The notes: generated from the sequence alone by a model not told the origin. A DNA stretch of 64,000 nucleotides from Eledone cirrhosa (GCA_964016885.1 OZ024740.1:378448001-378512000); one strand, 5' to 3'; numbered from the stretch's first letter, positions 40,040 through 53,252 are shown. Made by a program: numbers and translations.

Positions 40040-40642
40040 CCTGCTATCTCTTTTGTCATCACTCACAACCCAGGGAACGTCAACATTGTGAAAACTGCTA
40101 AGCAGTATCTCCCGATTCTACAGCAATCTACCAAAATGAATGCACTCTTAAAAAACACACAGATAATTTATAGCAGACGCCAAGCACCCAACCTTAAAAA
40201 ACTAATTACCAAGGCAAAATTTACGACCAACATGGAATCAATGCAAGTGACGAAATGCAGGGACCCTAGATGTGGAACCTGTGAACTCATTGAAGAGGGC
40301 AAACAGTTGTCCTTCAAAAACCATGATAATTTCAAGGTCAATGCAAACATGAACTGCAAAACGAAAAACCTAATATATTGCGCAACATGTCCACAGTGTA
40401 AAGAGTATTACATTGGGGAAACCGGAACGGGACTACATGATAGAGTCCGGGTACATAAACAACAAATTAAAGACCCCACAGTCAGAAATACCACATGTAG
40501 CGCACACTTTGCATCATGCGGGAAGGGAAAATTCACAATCTTTCCTTTCTTCAAGATATGGTCGGATAACGAACATTTCCGCAGATATAAAGAAGAATTC
40601 TTCATTGAAAAATTTAAACCACTACTGAACACGAAAAAATGA
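40040..40642 (+). CDS. Penelope-like element ORF C-terminus: Cys linker and GIY-YIG endonuclease (N-terminally truncated)
   Basis: ISFVITHNP...YSRRQAPNLKKLIT, CRDPRCGTC, NCKTKNLIYCATCPQCKEYYIGET, RVRVH and EEFFIEKFKPLLN*. No internal stops. Confidence 0.92.
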   Translation, partial: PAISFVITHNPGNVNIVKTAKQYLPILQQSTKMNALLKNTQIIYSRRQAPNLKKLITKAKFTTNMESMQVTKCRDPRCGTCELIEEGKQLSFKNHDNFKVNANMNCKTKNLIYCATCPQCKEYYIGETGTGLHDRVRVHKQQIKDPTVRNTTCSAHFASCGKGKFTIFPFFKIWSDNEHFRRYKEEFFIEKFKPLLNTKK

Positions 40643-40842
40643 ATTAACACTCGGAGGTAAAATTCCATTTCACTACCCCCACCCCCTCTTCTTATGTGTA
40701 CACATGAATATCTGAGTGAACGGTGAGAGACACACACATATATATGTGTAGGTATGTATGGATGTATGTACGTGTGGGTATATATGTATGTGGGTGTGTG
40801 TATGTGTGTGTATATATATGTATGGATGTGTGTATGTATGTA

Positions 40843-40889
<47 letters not shown>

Positions 40890-40891
40890 AT

Positions 40892-42163
40892 GTAGGCGTA
40901 GGTAGAAACTCCATTTTATGTCCCAAATGCAAAGTATGGGTGCATAAAAGATGTAGTGGGATCACAGGTAAGCTAACTAAGAATACAGATTTTACATGTG
41001 GCCGGTGCTCTGGTGCAATAAGTAGCAGCAAGTGCCCACAAAATACTAGCTCTTTCAACTGCGCAGAGGGTTCTATAGAAATAGTGAACAGCTTCCGTTA
41101 CCTGGGTGACAAAATCAGCAGTGGGGGAGGGTGCTCTGAAAGTACAGTAGCTAGAGTAGGAACTGGATGGAAAAAGTTCAGAGAGCTTATACCACTATTA
41201 GCCGCTAAAGGGTTCTCCCTAAAAGTGAAAGGCAGGTTTTATGATGCCTGCATACGAACAGCAATGTTGCATGGCAGTGAGACCTGGGCATTGTGTGCAG
41301 AGGATATACGCAGACTAGAGAGGAACGAAGCTTGCATGCTCCGCTGGATGTGTAATAGTAATATACGCGAACGGCAAAGCATAAACGAACTAAGGAAAAA
41401 ATTAGAAATAAGAGGGATCAGATGTTGTTTACTCGAGAGAAGGCTACGTTGGTATGGTCACGTGATGCGCATGAAAGACGATAGCTGTATAACAAAGTGT
41501 AGGGCAATAAAGATAGACGGTAGCTACGGAGTAGGCAGACCCAGAAAAACCTGGGACGAGCTGATAAATTCCGACCTCACACACTTACACCTCTCCAAGA
41601 CAATGTCACTGGACCGAGACCTTTGGCGGTACTCAGTAATAGAGAAGACCCGCCTTACCTAAATACAAAGTAAAACCTACTACAGTCAGTAGGCATCTCT
41701 AACAAAATACACCCCCGTCCCACCACCCCCACCCCATCCACACCGCCCCTTTCAATGTAAAGTTATGTTGGTGCCACAAAATCCAGGCCGAAACAAATGA
41801 GATCGTGTAGGTGTCACGACAAAAAAACACATAGTCCACGCTGTAATGTGACCGTGTAGGCAACACGGTAAAAACCTCCCAGTCCCACACTGTAAATGTG
41901 GTTGGTGTTAGGAAGGGCATCCAGCTGTAGAAAACCTGCCAGACAGTCCACACTGTAATGTGGCCATGTAGGCAACACGGTAAAAACCTCCCAGCCCCAC
42001 ACTGTAAATGTGGTTGGTGTTAGGAAGGGCATCCAACTGTAGAAAACCCGCCAGACAGTCCTATGCGAGCAAGACAACCACTCTTGCCTCAAGTGGGAAA
42101 ACTCCCGTCCAAACCCATGCAAGCATGGAACACGGACGTTAAACGATGATGATGATGATGATG
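40892..42163 (+). mobile_element. RTE LINE, 5'-truncated within the PHD finger, inserted in a microsatellite
   Basis: Open frame to the stop at 41662. 3' UTR with internal duplication and (GAT)n tail. Confidence 0.95.
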
Positions 42164-42343
42164 TATATGTATATGTATGTATCTATATGTGTGTGTGTGT
42201 ATGTATGTGCATATATGTATATATGTGTGTTTCTGTTTGTGTATATGTATGTATGTAGATGTATATATATATATATATGTATATATGTGTCTTTATGTGT
42301 TTGTGTGTACATATATATATATATATATGTATATGTATGTATG

Positions 42344-42422
<79 letters not shown>

Positions 42423-42466
42423 ATGTATGTGTATATATGTATATGTGTATGTATGTGTTTGTATGT

Positions 42467-42507
<41 letters not shown>

Positions 42508-42576
42508 TATATGTGTGTATATATATGTATATGTGTGTATGTGTCTGTATGTGTTTATGTGTATATATATGTATAT
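42164..42576. repeat. Compound (TA)n/(TG)n/(TATG)n microsatellite between two RTE copies
   Basis: Directly visible low-complexity tract. Confidence 0.95.
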
Positions 42577-43403
42577 AACTAGGGTAAGAACGGGATGGAA
42601 GAAGTTTAGGGAACTACTACCACTGCTAGCTGCAAAAGGCTTCTCCCTCAGAATGAAAGGCAGACTGTATGATGCGTGTATCCGAACAGCGATGTTGCAT
42701 GGTAGTGAGACCTGGGCGCTGAAGGTGGAAGACTTACGTAGATTAGAGAGAAACGAAGCCTGCATGCTCCGATGGATGTGTAACAGTAATATACGTGAAC
42801 GACAAAGCATAAATGAATTGAGAGAGAGACTGAGCATAAGAGGAATCAAATGCTGCGTGCAGGAGAGGCGGTTACGCTGGTATGGACATGTGATGCGTAT
42901 GAAGGATGACAGCTGCATAAAAAGGTGCAGAGCACTAGAAGTTGATGGAAACCGCGGAGTGGGGAGACCCAAGATGACTTGGGATGAGGTGATAAAAGCC
43001 GACCTTACCCAACTACACCTCTCAAAGTCAATGACACACGACCGTGACTTCTGGCGTCACGCAGTAATACAGGGTACCCGACCTCCCATGGGTACATGCT
43101 GAAGCATATAAACAATATGCCCCCCCCCCCCACCGCAAGGTGGTCGTGGAGGTGCCACGGCAAAAAAGCACCCAGCCCACACTGTAAAGTGGACGTGTAG
43201 GCGCCACGAAAAAGCACCCAGCACTCACTGTAAATGAGGTTGGTGTTAGGAAGGGCATCCAGCTGTAGAAATCAAGCCAGATCAGTTCCTGTATGAGCAA
43301 GGCATGGTCAGCCGACCAGACACTGCCCACAACAGGACAACCCGTCTAACCCATGCTAGCGTGGAAGAACGGACGTAAAACGGTGATGATGATGATGATG
43401 ATG
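42577..43403 (+). mobile_element. RTE LINE, second subfamily, 5'-truncated
   Basis: [17 protein letters not shown]...[12 protein letters not shown]...[10 protein letters not shown] open to 43102. Many synonymous differences from the 40892 copy, distinct 3' UTR, (GAT)n tail. Confidence 0.95.
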
Positions 43404-44208
43404 TATGTATATATATATATATATATATATATACCCATGTGGAGGTATGAGTACATATTCGTGTGTGTACGTATATGTATATGTGTTTTTATATGTGTCT
43501 TTATATGTTTTTATGTATGTATGTGGATGTATATGTACATGGGTGTGTGATTGATGGTGTGTGCCTATATATTCCTACATATGTCCGTGTGTGTATGTAC
43601 GTATATACGCACATATGTGTGTGTTGAACAAAGGACTAATTTTGGGATGGACGTAGAAAAATTCTTCAGAAAAAAAAAATTGTTTACAAGCTTGGCAGGT
43701 GCGGTTTGCCTATGACCATTTTCAATACAAAGGAATACTAAAAGCTTTTCCCCTGAATAAAGGAATTTTTCGAGAATGACCGGGGCAGGCCGCGCTTGCT
43801 ACATTTCTCCCCGCCCAACCCTACTCACTGTCTCAACTCATCACTGCTATTAACATTTTTTCAACACACCTACACCCCTACACTTATTAAAGGGGGAGAA
43901 AAAACCCCCCACCACACCACACCACAAACATGTTAAATCCCTATATATAGAACAACACACCACATACACATCAGTTTGACAAGCGCACCTCAGCGTGAAA
44001 GGTCTTTCTAAAAACGAAACAATACCTCCTACGTTAACCAAGAACTCCTAAGACCTAACCAACAACCAACGACTTAATTTATAACATTTTTTTTTTTTTT
44101 TTTTCTAATCCGGAAAAAAATTCTTTTTGGATTTTGTGAAGAAAATAAATTTGTTGAAAGCACAAGTGAAGCCATTTTTTTCTTCCCCCCCTGTCTTAAT
44201 ATATATAT

Positions 44209-44340
44209 ATTTATTAAATTAACAGATTAAAGTTTAAGCAAAGAATCGCTGCTTTCACCCTTAACGGGATCTTCTGAAACCCCATTAAGGGTGAAAGCAG
44301 CAATTCTTTGCTTAAACTTTGATCTGTTATTTTAATAAAT
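44209..44340. repeat. Foldback hairpin of about 130 bp after (TA)n, with a degenerate hammerhead-like half
   Basis: Arms ATTTATTAAA..AAAGTTTAAGCAAAGAAT-GCTGCTTTCACCCTTAA and TTAAGGGTGAAAGCAGC-ATTCTTTGCTTAAACTTT..TTTAATAAAT. Minus strand has CAGAAGA-TCCC-GTTAA-GGGT-GAAA. Confidence 0.85.
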
Positions 44341-44976
44341 TTTTGCTCTACGGTTCTTATATATTTGATATATATTTATCCTTATCGAGCCTTCTTTGGA
44401 TTTTAGTCTTCAAATTTATTATTATTACTATTATTATTACTATTATTATTATATATATATATATCCCAACAGCAATACTCATCAGTGAAACCATTGTTAT
44501 TTTTTTTTAATTCACAAAAGGTCACTATTAAAGTCATTTAAAAGGGATATAAATGCAAATTAGTGTATTTGAGTCTTTTCTCAATAACTTTGATAGTTTT
44601 CTTCTGTAATTGAAAATATACTTTAAAAAAGGAAATTTGCAAATGGATAATTAAACTAATTTTTTAAAACTGATATTTTAAATATTAGTGATGTTCCTTT
44701 CTATTGTAGGACCCACTGTGTGTAAATAACATCTAAACTTTTCTTAAAGTGATGTTTAAAATGTGCATTGTGTATTTTCAGAATTTTCTGTTTGATATAT
44801 ATTTTGGATTGTAGAAAGAATGTATCAGTTGTATAGAAATGATCTAATAATTTGAATTTGGTCTTTTCTAAATGATTTTGATATTGATCTTGGTGAAGAT
44901 AAGAAAGTGTTATTTCTATATGCTATCAAGTCATACTCAATTGTGTGATATATATATATATGTATATATATGTGTG

Positions 44977-45026
<50 letters not shown>

Positions 45027-45059
45027 AAAAAAAATTTCGCTCTACATGGCTGAATACAA

Positions 45060-45572
45060 TAAATGTAATCTGAGTTTTTCGAATATTAATAATAACATTC
45101 GATTCGTTTGCAATTATGCAAACAAGCGTCAATTTTATAGCGTCAGTAGAATTTTATAGCGTCAGTAGAATGAACACTTCATTCTTGCTCTTATGTTGGC
45201 ATGTGAACAGAACTGCAGACACTAATATTTCTGGGTATCACTCTTCATCAGTACAGCTCACTGTTCACCTGCCAAACTGTCATAGCTATGGCTATAAAAT
45301 TGAGGTGTGTTTGCATAATTGCAAACGAATCGAATGTTATTATTAATATTTGAGGGCAGTGGATTGGCAGTATCGGTAGAGGGTCGGACGCCATGCTTTG
45401 ACGCATAGAGTTACGGCCCTTGCCATTCTGAGTTCAAATCCCGCCGAGGTTAACTTTGCCTTTCATCCTTACGGGGTCGATAAAATAAAGTACCAGTAAT
45501 ACACTGGGTAATTGCTGGCCTTGTGCCAAAAGTAGAAACAATTATTAATATTTGAAAAACTCAGATTACATT

Positions 45573-45573
<1 letters not shown>
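45060..45573. repeat. Foldback element (arms about 65 bp) whose right arm is split by a SINE
   Basis: 45060-45124 is inverted at 45308-45352 plus 45554-45573. Internal minus-strand CTGATGA-AGAGTGATACCCA-GAAA at about 45227-45250. Tandem 19-mer AATTTTATAGCGTCAGTAG twice. Confidence 0.8.
45353..45543 (+). mobile_element. SINE family C, full length
   Basis: A-box-like TGGCAGTATCGG and B-box GAGTTCAAATCC. TSD ATTATTAATATTTGA. Confidence 0.92.
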
Positions 45574-45603
<30 letters not shown>

Positions 45604-46617
45604 CCCCAACTAAATATGTGTGTGAGTCTATGTTTCTCTTTTCACATTTAACATTGCAAACAATGTTTAATTATCACTTTAAATATTGGTTTTAGTACAA
45701 CCTATAGGGTTAGTTATTTTTAATTTTACTTTCTGATATTGCATTTATATAGATGTTCAGCACAGATGGCTGAAACAGTAGATTGTTATTCTACGTTCAG
45801 ATTACATTAGAATTAACTTTACATTATCACTTAACTTTTCTGGAATATACTGAGGTTGATTTATCAACTTGTGATGGATTTGAAAATAATGGTATCACTA
45901 TAAGGGATTAATGTTGGGTTTCCTGCTGTATTAGTAAGTTTTATTTTCCCAAGATGGCATGTGAAAGAAGCCTTGGTAAAACACCATCCAACTTCCATAT
46001 ATATTAAAGAAAGCTGACAAAGGCAATGTTTGAAATATGATAATAGGGAAGAAGCGAGTCTTTTGTAAGAAATGTTTTAATATTGTGTTAAAAACTGATT
46101 TGGAAGCATGCTTTCCAAAAGTTTGAGAAATTACATAGTTACAAAAGTAATATTGATGTGTTCGTAAGAAGAGAAATTGTTTAGTGTCTCTAGCAAAAGT
46201 TATGAAAAAAGAAGTTTGTATCAATTTGTTGGTGGATGAGTTAATAGTGTGAGTTTGTAGTTGTATACATTGAGTGAATGTATATATATACCCCTGAAGG
46301 TGAAAGAAAAAGAGATGGGCTAATGATATGAGTGAAGAATTAGAGAGGCTGACAGATGTTCTGTCTCTCTGACCTGAGTCAGAGAAATAGCAATCCTCCC
46401 TGCTTGGCCATCATGTATCATTGAGAGAATTAAGAGAAAAACAGCTGGCTGGTTACTGTTTTATTGCCTACTGGGTAGGATTAAAGTTTTGGGAATTTGT
46501 GCATCAACACTTTAATACAAAAAAAAGAGATGCTAAATATGGCAATGTACAAATTTGTTACAAACTGAAGTTTTAACATGGCAGAGTTGTTAGAGCATTG
46601 GATAGAATTTGCTGTGA

Positions 46618-48139
46618 TCATCATCATCATCATCATCATCATCAACGTTTAACGTCCGTGTTCCACGCTTGCATGGGTTTGGACGGGGGTAGTCCCACTT
46701 GAGGCAAGAGTGATTGTCTTGCTCGCATAGGACTGTCTGGCAGGTTTTCTACAGTTGGATGCCCTTCCTAACACCAACCACATTTACAGTGTGGGTCTGG
46801 GAGGTTTTTACCGTGTTGCCTACACGGCCACATTACAGCGTGGACTGTGTGTTTTTTTGTCGTGACACCTACACGATCTCATTTGTTTCGGCCTCGATGG
46901 CGCGGCACCAACATAACTTTACATAGAACGGGGTGGTGTGGATCGGGTGGGGGTGGTGGGACGGGGTGTATTTGTTAGAGATGCCTACTGGCTGGAGTAG
47001 GTTTTACTATATATTTATGTAAGGCGGGTCTTCTCTGTTACTGAGTACCGCCAAAGGTCTCGGTCCAGTGACATTGTCTTGGAGAGGTGTAAGTGTGTGA
47101 TGTCGGAGTTTATCAGCTCGTCCCAGGTTTTTCTAGGTCTGCCTATTCCGTGACTACCGTCTATCTTTATTGCCCTGCACTTTGTTATACAGCTATCGAC
47201 TTTCATGCGCATCACGTGTCCATACCAACGTAGCCTTCTCTCGAGTAAACAACATCTGATCCCTCTTATCTCTAATTTATTCCTTAGTTCGTTTATGCTT
47301 TGCCGTTCACGTATATTACTGTTACACATCCAGCGGAGCATGCAAGCTTCGTTCCTCTCTAGTCTGCGTATATCCTCTGCACACAATGCCCAGGTCTCAC
47401 TGCCATGCAGCATTGCTGTTCGTATGCAGGCATCGTACAACCTGCCTTTCATTTTTAGTGAGAACCCTTTAGCAGCTAATAGTGGTATAAGCTCTCTGAA
47501 CTTTTTCCAACCAGTTCTGACTCTAGCTACAGTACTTTCAGAGCACCCTCCCCCACTGCTGATTTTATCGCCCAGGTAACGGAAGCTGTCCACTATTTCT
47601 ATAGAACCCTCTGCGCAATTGAAAGAGCTAGTAGTTTGTGGGCACTTGCTGCTACTTATTGCACCAGAGCACCGGCCACATGTAAAATCTATGTTCTTAG
47701 TTAGCCTACCTGTGATCCCACTACATCTTTTATGCACCCATACTTTGCATTTAGGACATAAAATGGAGTTTCTACCTACGCCTTTCCTACACACCGAGCA
47801 CGACCATTTCCCAGAAGGGACCGCCGCCTTGTTTTCTTTCCTACAAACTAGTACTTTGGTCTTAGCCAGGTTAATTTTAAGTCCTTTTGACTCTAGGCCG
47901 TGCTTCCATGTTTGGAATTTCTTCTCTAGCTCGGCCATTGATTCCGCTATGAGTGTCAGGTCGTCTGCGTATAGGAGTTCCCATGGGCAGCCTGTCTTGA
48001 ACTCCTCTGTTATGGCCTGAAGGGCAATAATAAATAGTAGTGGACTGAGAACAGAGCCCTGATGGACGCCGACTTTTACGCTAAACTCTTCACTATATTC
48101 GTTGTTAATTCTAACCTTGCTGACTGTTTCTTTATACAT
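46618..48139 (-). mobile_element. RTE LINE, 5'-truncated, young (uninterrupted 374-codon frame)
   Basis: ORF 47015-48139 with GVHQGSVLSP, YADD, PHD-like finger and RRLRWYGHV. (CAT)n tail. Possible TSD TGTGAT. Confidence 0.96.
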
Positions 48140-48931
48140 GTGATATTTGTTCCATTTCTCTGCACTCTGAATGAAAATCCTGCCGAGGTCTACTTTATCT
48201 TTGATCCTTTCAAGATCAACAAAGAAAGTGCCAGCCCAGTGCTGGGGTGTAATCCACTCTTCCCCTAGCTGTCACATCCTGGATGTTCTACTGGGTCAAG
48301 GGTCAGAGGGTTAAGAAGAGTCCATATCTGCTCATAATTACCTAAATATTTAAAATCATTAGTGAATGTTACTTAGTCATTGTTGAATCAGAATGATGGC
48401 TATCGTAGATATTGACATTGGAGACACATAAAGGGAAGAGAGGACTTTTTAGTCTTGTTGATGATACAACAACCTCTTTAATGCTGGTGGTTAGATAAAA
48501 TGTAATAAAAGCTGGATTATTTGCTTGTCCTTTCTAATTTGATATCTCAATATTCTGAACTTTAAACTCTATTCTGAAATTAGGCCCTAATTTTGTGTTC
48601 CCTTTCAGTACTATAAATTACATGTAAACTTTTAAGAAAAACGATTATTCTATACATTACTAACATTAATTGCATTGGGTAAATAACATACATTTTTAAC
48701 CTGGAGTACTTGAGAAATTATATTTACAAACACACATGAACAAGCATGCATGCTAAATTAATGATATTAAAAAATAGTCATTCACACACACATGCACAAT
48801 GGTAAATAAAACAATTGACTAAAACCTGTATAATTTTTATTAATATTTTATTAGGTGAATCAACTTAGTAAAAATGGATATATATATTTTTTTTTCCAGA
48901 AAAAAAATTTGCCTCACCCTGTTATAATAAT

Positions 48932-49240
48932 AATTGTTTCTACTTTTGGCACAAGGCCAGCAAATACCCAGTACATTACTGGTACTTTATTTTATCGACC
49001 CCGTAAGGATGAAAGGCAAAGTTAACCTCCGCGGGATTTGTACTCAGAATGGAAAAGGCCATAACTCTTTGCGTCAAAGCATGGCGTCCGACCGTCTACC
49101 GATACTACCAATCCACACCACCCTGTTATAATAATAATTGTTTCTACTTTTGGCACAAGGCCAGCAAATTACCCAGTGCATTACTGGTACTTTACTTTAT
49201 CGACCCCGTAAGGATGAAAGGCAAAGTTAACCTCGGCGGG
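48932..49240 (-). mobile_element. Tandem pair of SINE family C copies (one near-full, one truncated)
   Basis: Both are preceded on the + strand by CCCTGTTATAATAATAATTG. Confidence 0.88.
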
Positions 49241-49563
49241 TTATAATAATAATGGTAGACATTCATATGGTTGATGACATAACATTTTGTCATTTATACT
49301 TTTCCCATGTGCTTTAAGGATAAAACAAGAGTAGTCATAAATGGAAATAAAATTGTCAGTTTATTTGTTAATCTAATTAATAATAATAACTATTTTTTAC
49401 TGGGTACAAGGACAACTTTATAAGAGAGGATTAAGTGACTGTGATCCTTCAATTAGGTGTTTTCATTGCTTTTTATTAAATATGAACAAGAAAGTCAATT
49501 ATGACAGATTTTAATTATGGGAAGTTGAAACACCAAATTATGTATCATTAAGTTCTATTTAGT

Positions 49564-49757
49564 AGGGCGGTGGATTGGCAGTGTCGGTAGAGGGTCGGAC
49601 GCCATGCTTTCCAGCATAGTTACGTCCCTTTACGATCTGAGTTCAAATCTCGCCGAGGTTGACTTTGCCTTTCATCCTTACGGGGTCGATAAAATAAAAG
49701 TACCAGTAATACACTGAGATAATTGCTGGCCTTGTGCCAAAAGTAGAAACAATTATT
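49564..49757 (+). mobile_element. SINE family C, full length
   Basis: Matches consensus. Flanked by a repeated TTAAGTTCTATT. Confidence 0.9.
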
Positions 49758-49966
49758 TATTTACAATTAAGTTCTATTAAGTATCTAATCTTTCCCTTTA
49801 CTATTTCCCTCTAACAATGAACATTGTATATGCTTTTAATCATCTGACCCTTTCATGACCGTATTTCTAATGAAATACATTCTATTTCAATTAGTTAACA
49901 AACAATTTTAAGGGATTTACTAAAATTATTAATTATTTCATTACTAAGATAGTAACTTAACATAAG

Positions 49967-50201
49967 TGTAGTCGGAGGCATTCGGACTTACCTTGCACCT
50001 CTCTGGTCCACGTGGGGTACTGTCCGCTTGCGTCTGTCTTCACATGTCCATCACCGTCAAGGGCCTATGGCTGAGAGGCCCCTGTTGACCGCCTGGTCCC
50101 TCGAGTCGCCCCCGTTCTCCTGCTTTCCCCAACTTCTGGCAATCCCCCTCCAACAGCATCTCTACACGCCCCACCCCTCTCTATCTCGTGGCAGCCCCAC
50201 A
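49967..50201 (-). repeat. 3' LTR
   Basis: Direct repeat of 53397-53619. Preceded on the element strand by purine-rich GAGATCAGGGGACCG (PPT-like). Confidence 0.93.
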
Positions 50202-52480
50202 CGGTCCCCTGATCTCAAGGATCACGCCCCCACCTCCATCACACTGCTCCATCTCAAAATCCGCCATCCACCTAGGTTGGCGGCGGCTCCGTTGCGATCT
50301 CCGCACTGTTGGGGCGGCACTTTCATTTTCCTCTTCCCCGGAGTCCGTCACCACAACGACTCTACGGACGCCCAAGACGTGACGTGGCATTCCGTCCACA
50401 GGCACATTGTTTGGGGATTTTATGGCGGTTACCATTCCCTTTCCCCATTGAGATGTGCAACGCGCGTTTGGGGGCTTGACCCATACCTCTTTGCCCACTC
50501 GTACGAATGCGTTCTCTCTCTCCACCGGCTGCTGTGGTACCGTGCACGGGTGTCGCCATTAATATCTGTATATTGCCTTGTGTGGCACTGACTCCTCGGC
50601 CTGTCCCACCTGCGGAGACATGTTGTACCAGAACATGCCTCCATTGGCGAAATATGCCCTACTTCCGCCATGGCCTTGATCGTGCGATGATGTCTCCCAC
50701 GATTCCATTTCTGCTCTGAAGAAGCGGTTCACCTTCCACTGCGAAATGCTGTGCTGTTGTCCATCAGCAGTTCATTCACAGGGTCCCCCTCCAAGAATAT
50801 CTCTCTCAGCATCTGCACGATTTCCTCCGCAGTCCCTGTCTTCATTTCCCTCCATATCACCATCCACTCCGGCCCACAATTGACTATCGAAAGATACGTT
50901 CCTTGTCGGTAGTGTGTCACATCCACTGCTAATTGCTTCCAGTTGTATTCTACCGGGATGCTTCCAGTCTCGTGCACACCCAGGGACTGCACTCTCTGGA
51001 CACTCTGTCTGCTAACATCCGAGTCAATTCGTCTGGCTAGGAACAGGGTCCTATCCACCTGCATATGCTGCATGGTGTGCAGTCCCTTCAACTCCGAATC
51101 ACTCAGCTGACATACTGCCGCTATCCCCTTCTCTGTGTCCGCCGGTGTTTCCAACCAGGCTTTCTTCACCCTGGTTAATACATCTGCCCTGTTTAGCGTT
51201 ATGCTGCTGGCATCACACCATACGGTCCCGCTCTCCGATTTGGGGACATACCAGCGTTCTTTCACTGGGTCATCCGCCTTTACCCTCTCCACGATTTCCT
51301 GCATCATGGCGACTGTCCTCTCTCCAGCCCTGTCAGCCCAGCTCACTCTGTCTGTTCGTCTCTTGACATAGCTGCATGCTGTCCGGAGCCACCCTGCCAT
51401 TGGATAGTGGCCCACCAATTTACCACACATTGAGAAGAGTTCCCGTCTATTCATATCAGGGCCCAGTTCCGGGACTTCGTTACCTCTCCGAAACACAAGT
51501 GTGCCCGTCTTATCCCTTTGCAACCTGAGTCCTAGCGCGGCTCCTCCTTCCATCGCCTCTGGCGGTTTCACGGTCAGCCCAAACCTTACCAAGTGGCCTG
51601 AGACTTCTGCTGCTGACACCACCATCAACCATTGCCATGATTTTTGCCGCAGAGTTCAACCTGAAGCCAAGCCTGGTCAGGCAGTATGTCTGGCCCTTAT
51701 ACCTGCCCAGCTGATATTTCCACAGTTTCTCATCCACGTGTAACTGCAGATATGCCAACTTTAAGTCGACAATCGTGGAGGCCCCAGTCATTCGTTTCCA
51801 CTCTCGCAAAGTTTCCCCGCAAACATCCGTGACCTCACCGCCTGTGTGGCATGACATGTGTTCGTTTAGCTCACGAAAGTCCAGCACCGGCCTAACCTTG
51901 TTCTTCGTGGGCTGCACCACTGCCATCAGCGGCAACACTCCACACTTCACCTCCTCCTTCCAAGGAAACAGTATGCCCTCCTAGATATATCTCTGTACCT
52001 CTTCCTCAAACTCGCTTCTGGCATTTCCTTTCAGGGTATGCTGATAGCAGCCCACTCTGTTCTTCAGTGTTGGTGGCTCTCCCTTCCAGTACCACTTAAC
52101 TACCCACCGCTGCCCATTGAACACCACCCTGAAATCCTTGTCCTGTATGGTATTTTCTTTGTGGATCACCCTTTTTTTCGTGGATTCTCCCAGCACGCTC
52201 ACAGCACGTCACCCCGACTTCAGTACATCAATTCCGTCCACCACCTGGTTAATCACGATCGCCCGAAGCCTAATTTTTCCCCGTACCTCCATCGACACCT
52301 CGCTGGTACCTCTGCATCTAATTTCCCTGTTGTCAACTGCCCTTATACTGCTCATCCCACTCCACTTTTTAACCACCTCCGATCACTAGTGTTGTCGTGC
52401 AACCCGTGTCCATGAGTGCTCGCGATGGCTTCCCTTCCACCAAAACTTCCACTACGGGCAGTGACTGCAAAGGCGCTTCT
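50181..52480 (-). pseudogene. pol remnant (protease, RT, RNase H, integrase) of the LTR element
   Basis: ORFs 51981-52202, 51510-51950, 50729-51628 and 50181-50525. Frameshifts, and the YxDD segment appears deleted. Confidence 0.88.
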
Positions 52481-53252
52481 ACTCGCCTCCAGGGGTGGCT
52501 ACCGGTGCAGTACCCCCTCTTAGACCATTTCCCTGGTTGTAATTATTTGGGATGTGGCCTGGTCACTTGCAGCGATAGCAGACTATAGCTGGCTTTGGCT
52601 CTCTGCAGTCCCTTTCCATGTGCGGGCCCTGGCACCTGAAGCACCAGCCTCCGAATGCACGTGGACGACTATTCACAGCGGCTGGTCTCCTTTCGTCATA
52701 CATCAGTGGCTATCGACTGCCATGGGCTTCCGTCACTGCCAGCTTTGCAATACTCCACCTCATGTCCTGTGTTATTACGCAGGCCTGTGCGATGAGCTCG
52801 CTCATGCTCATCTCCCTGTTGCCAGGCAGCTGTTGGAGCTTCACGGAGATTTTGTCGGGGAACCCGTTCATAAAAGCCAACCGCACGGCGCATTCACGTT
52901 CTACCGCGAATCCGGCCAACGTAGCCAACCGCCATAATTCTGTCGCGAACATGTCCATGTGCTCTCCCTGCCATCTCGCTCTGCCTAGCTTGGCAAAAGC
53001 AGCGTACAGCCCCTCGGTGAACGCTGTCTTAAGTCGCTATCCTATCCTCTCCGCGTTCAGTTGGTCGCTCTCGTCCATCTCAAGGTACAGTGCTAGGGCA
53101 TCCCCATCGAGATATAGAGCAATCAAACCAGCCACGTTGTCAATGCCTTGCAACGAGGCGACCAATGTGACCTTTCTCAACCAGGCCACAACATCTCCTT
53201 CACCGTTAAAAGCCTTGATCGTCTTGCTATTCAATCTCAGTTTCGCTGCCAT
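52480..53252 (-). pseudogene. gag remnant of the LTR element
   Basis: MAAKL...IKAFNGEGDVVAWLRKVTLVA...LYLDGDALALY and VRLAFMNGFPD. Degenerate zinc-knuckle-like Cys/His region at about 52530-52660. Confidence 0.85.

Larger units (their letters stand above)
39890..44200 (+). mobile_element. Penelope-like retroelement, 5'-truncated, with an inverted copy of its 3' end at the 5' junction; interrupted by two RTE insertions
   Basis: 39890-39987 is the near-exact reverse complement of 44103-44200. A PLE ORF remnant starts immediately after 39987. Continuity across the RTE insertions is inferred. Confidence 0.65.

Noticed and set aside
40088-40642. GIY-YIG protein as a homing endonuclease or bacterial contaminant
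   Set aside because: The upstream THNP and PNL motifs and the CxxxxCxxC linker are typical of Penelope-like elements, and it is embedded in host microsatellites.
42139-43102. Long ORFs of 277-318 aa rich in Y/I/V/C/M, and the similar N-terminus of 40754-41662
   Set aside because: The N-terminal parts are translations of (TA)n/(TG)n microsatellite that happen to be in frame with truncated RTE ORFs. They are not real fusion proteins.
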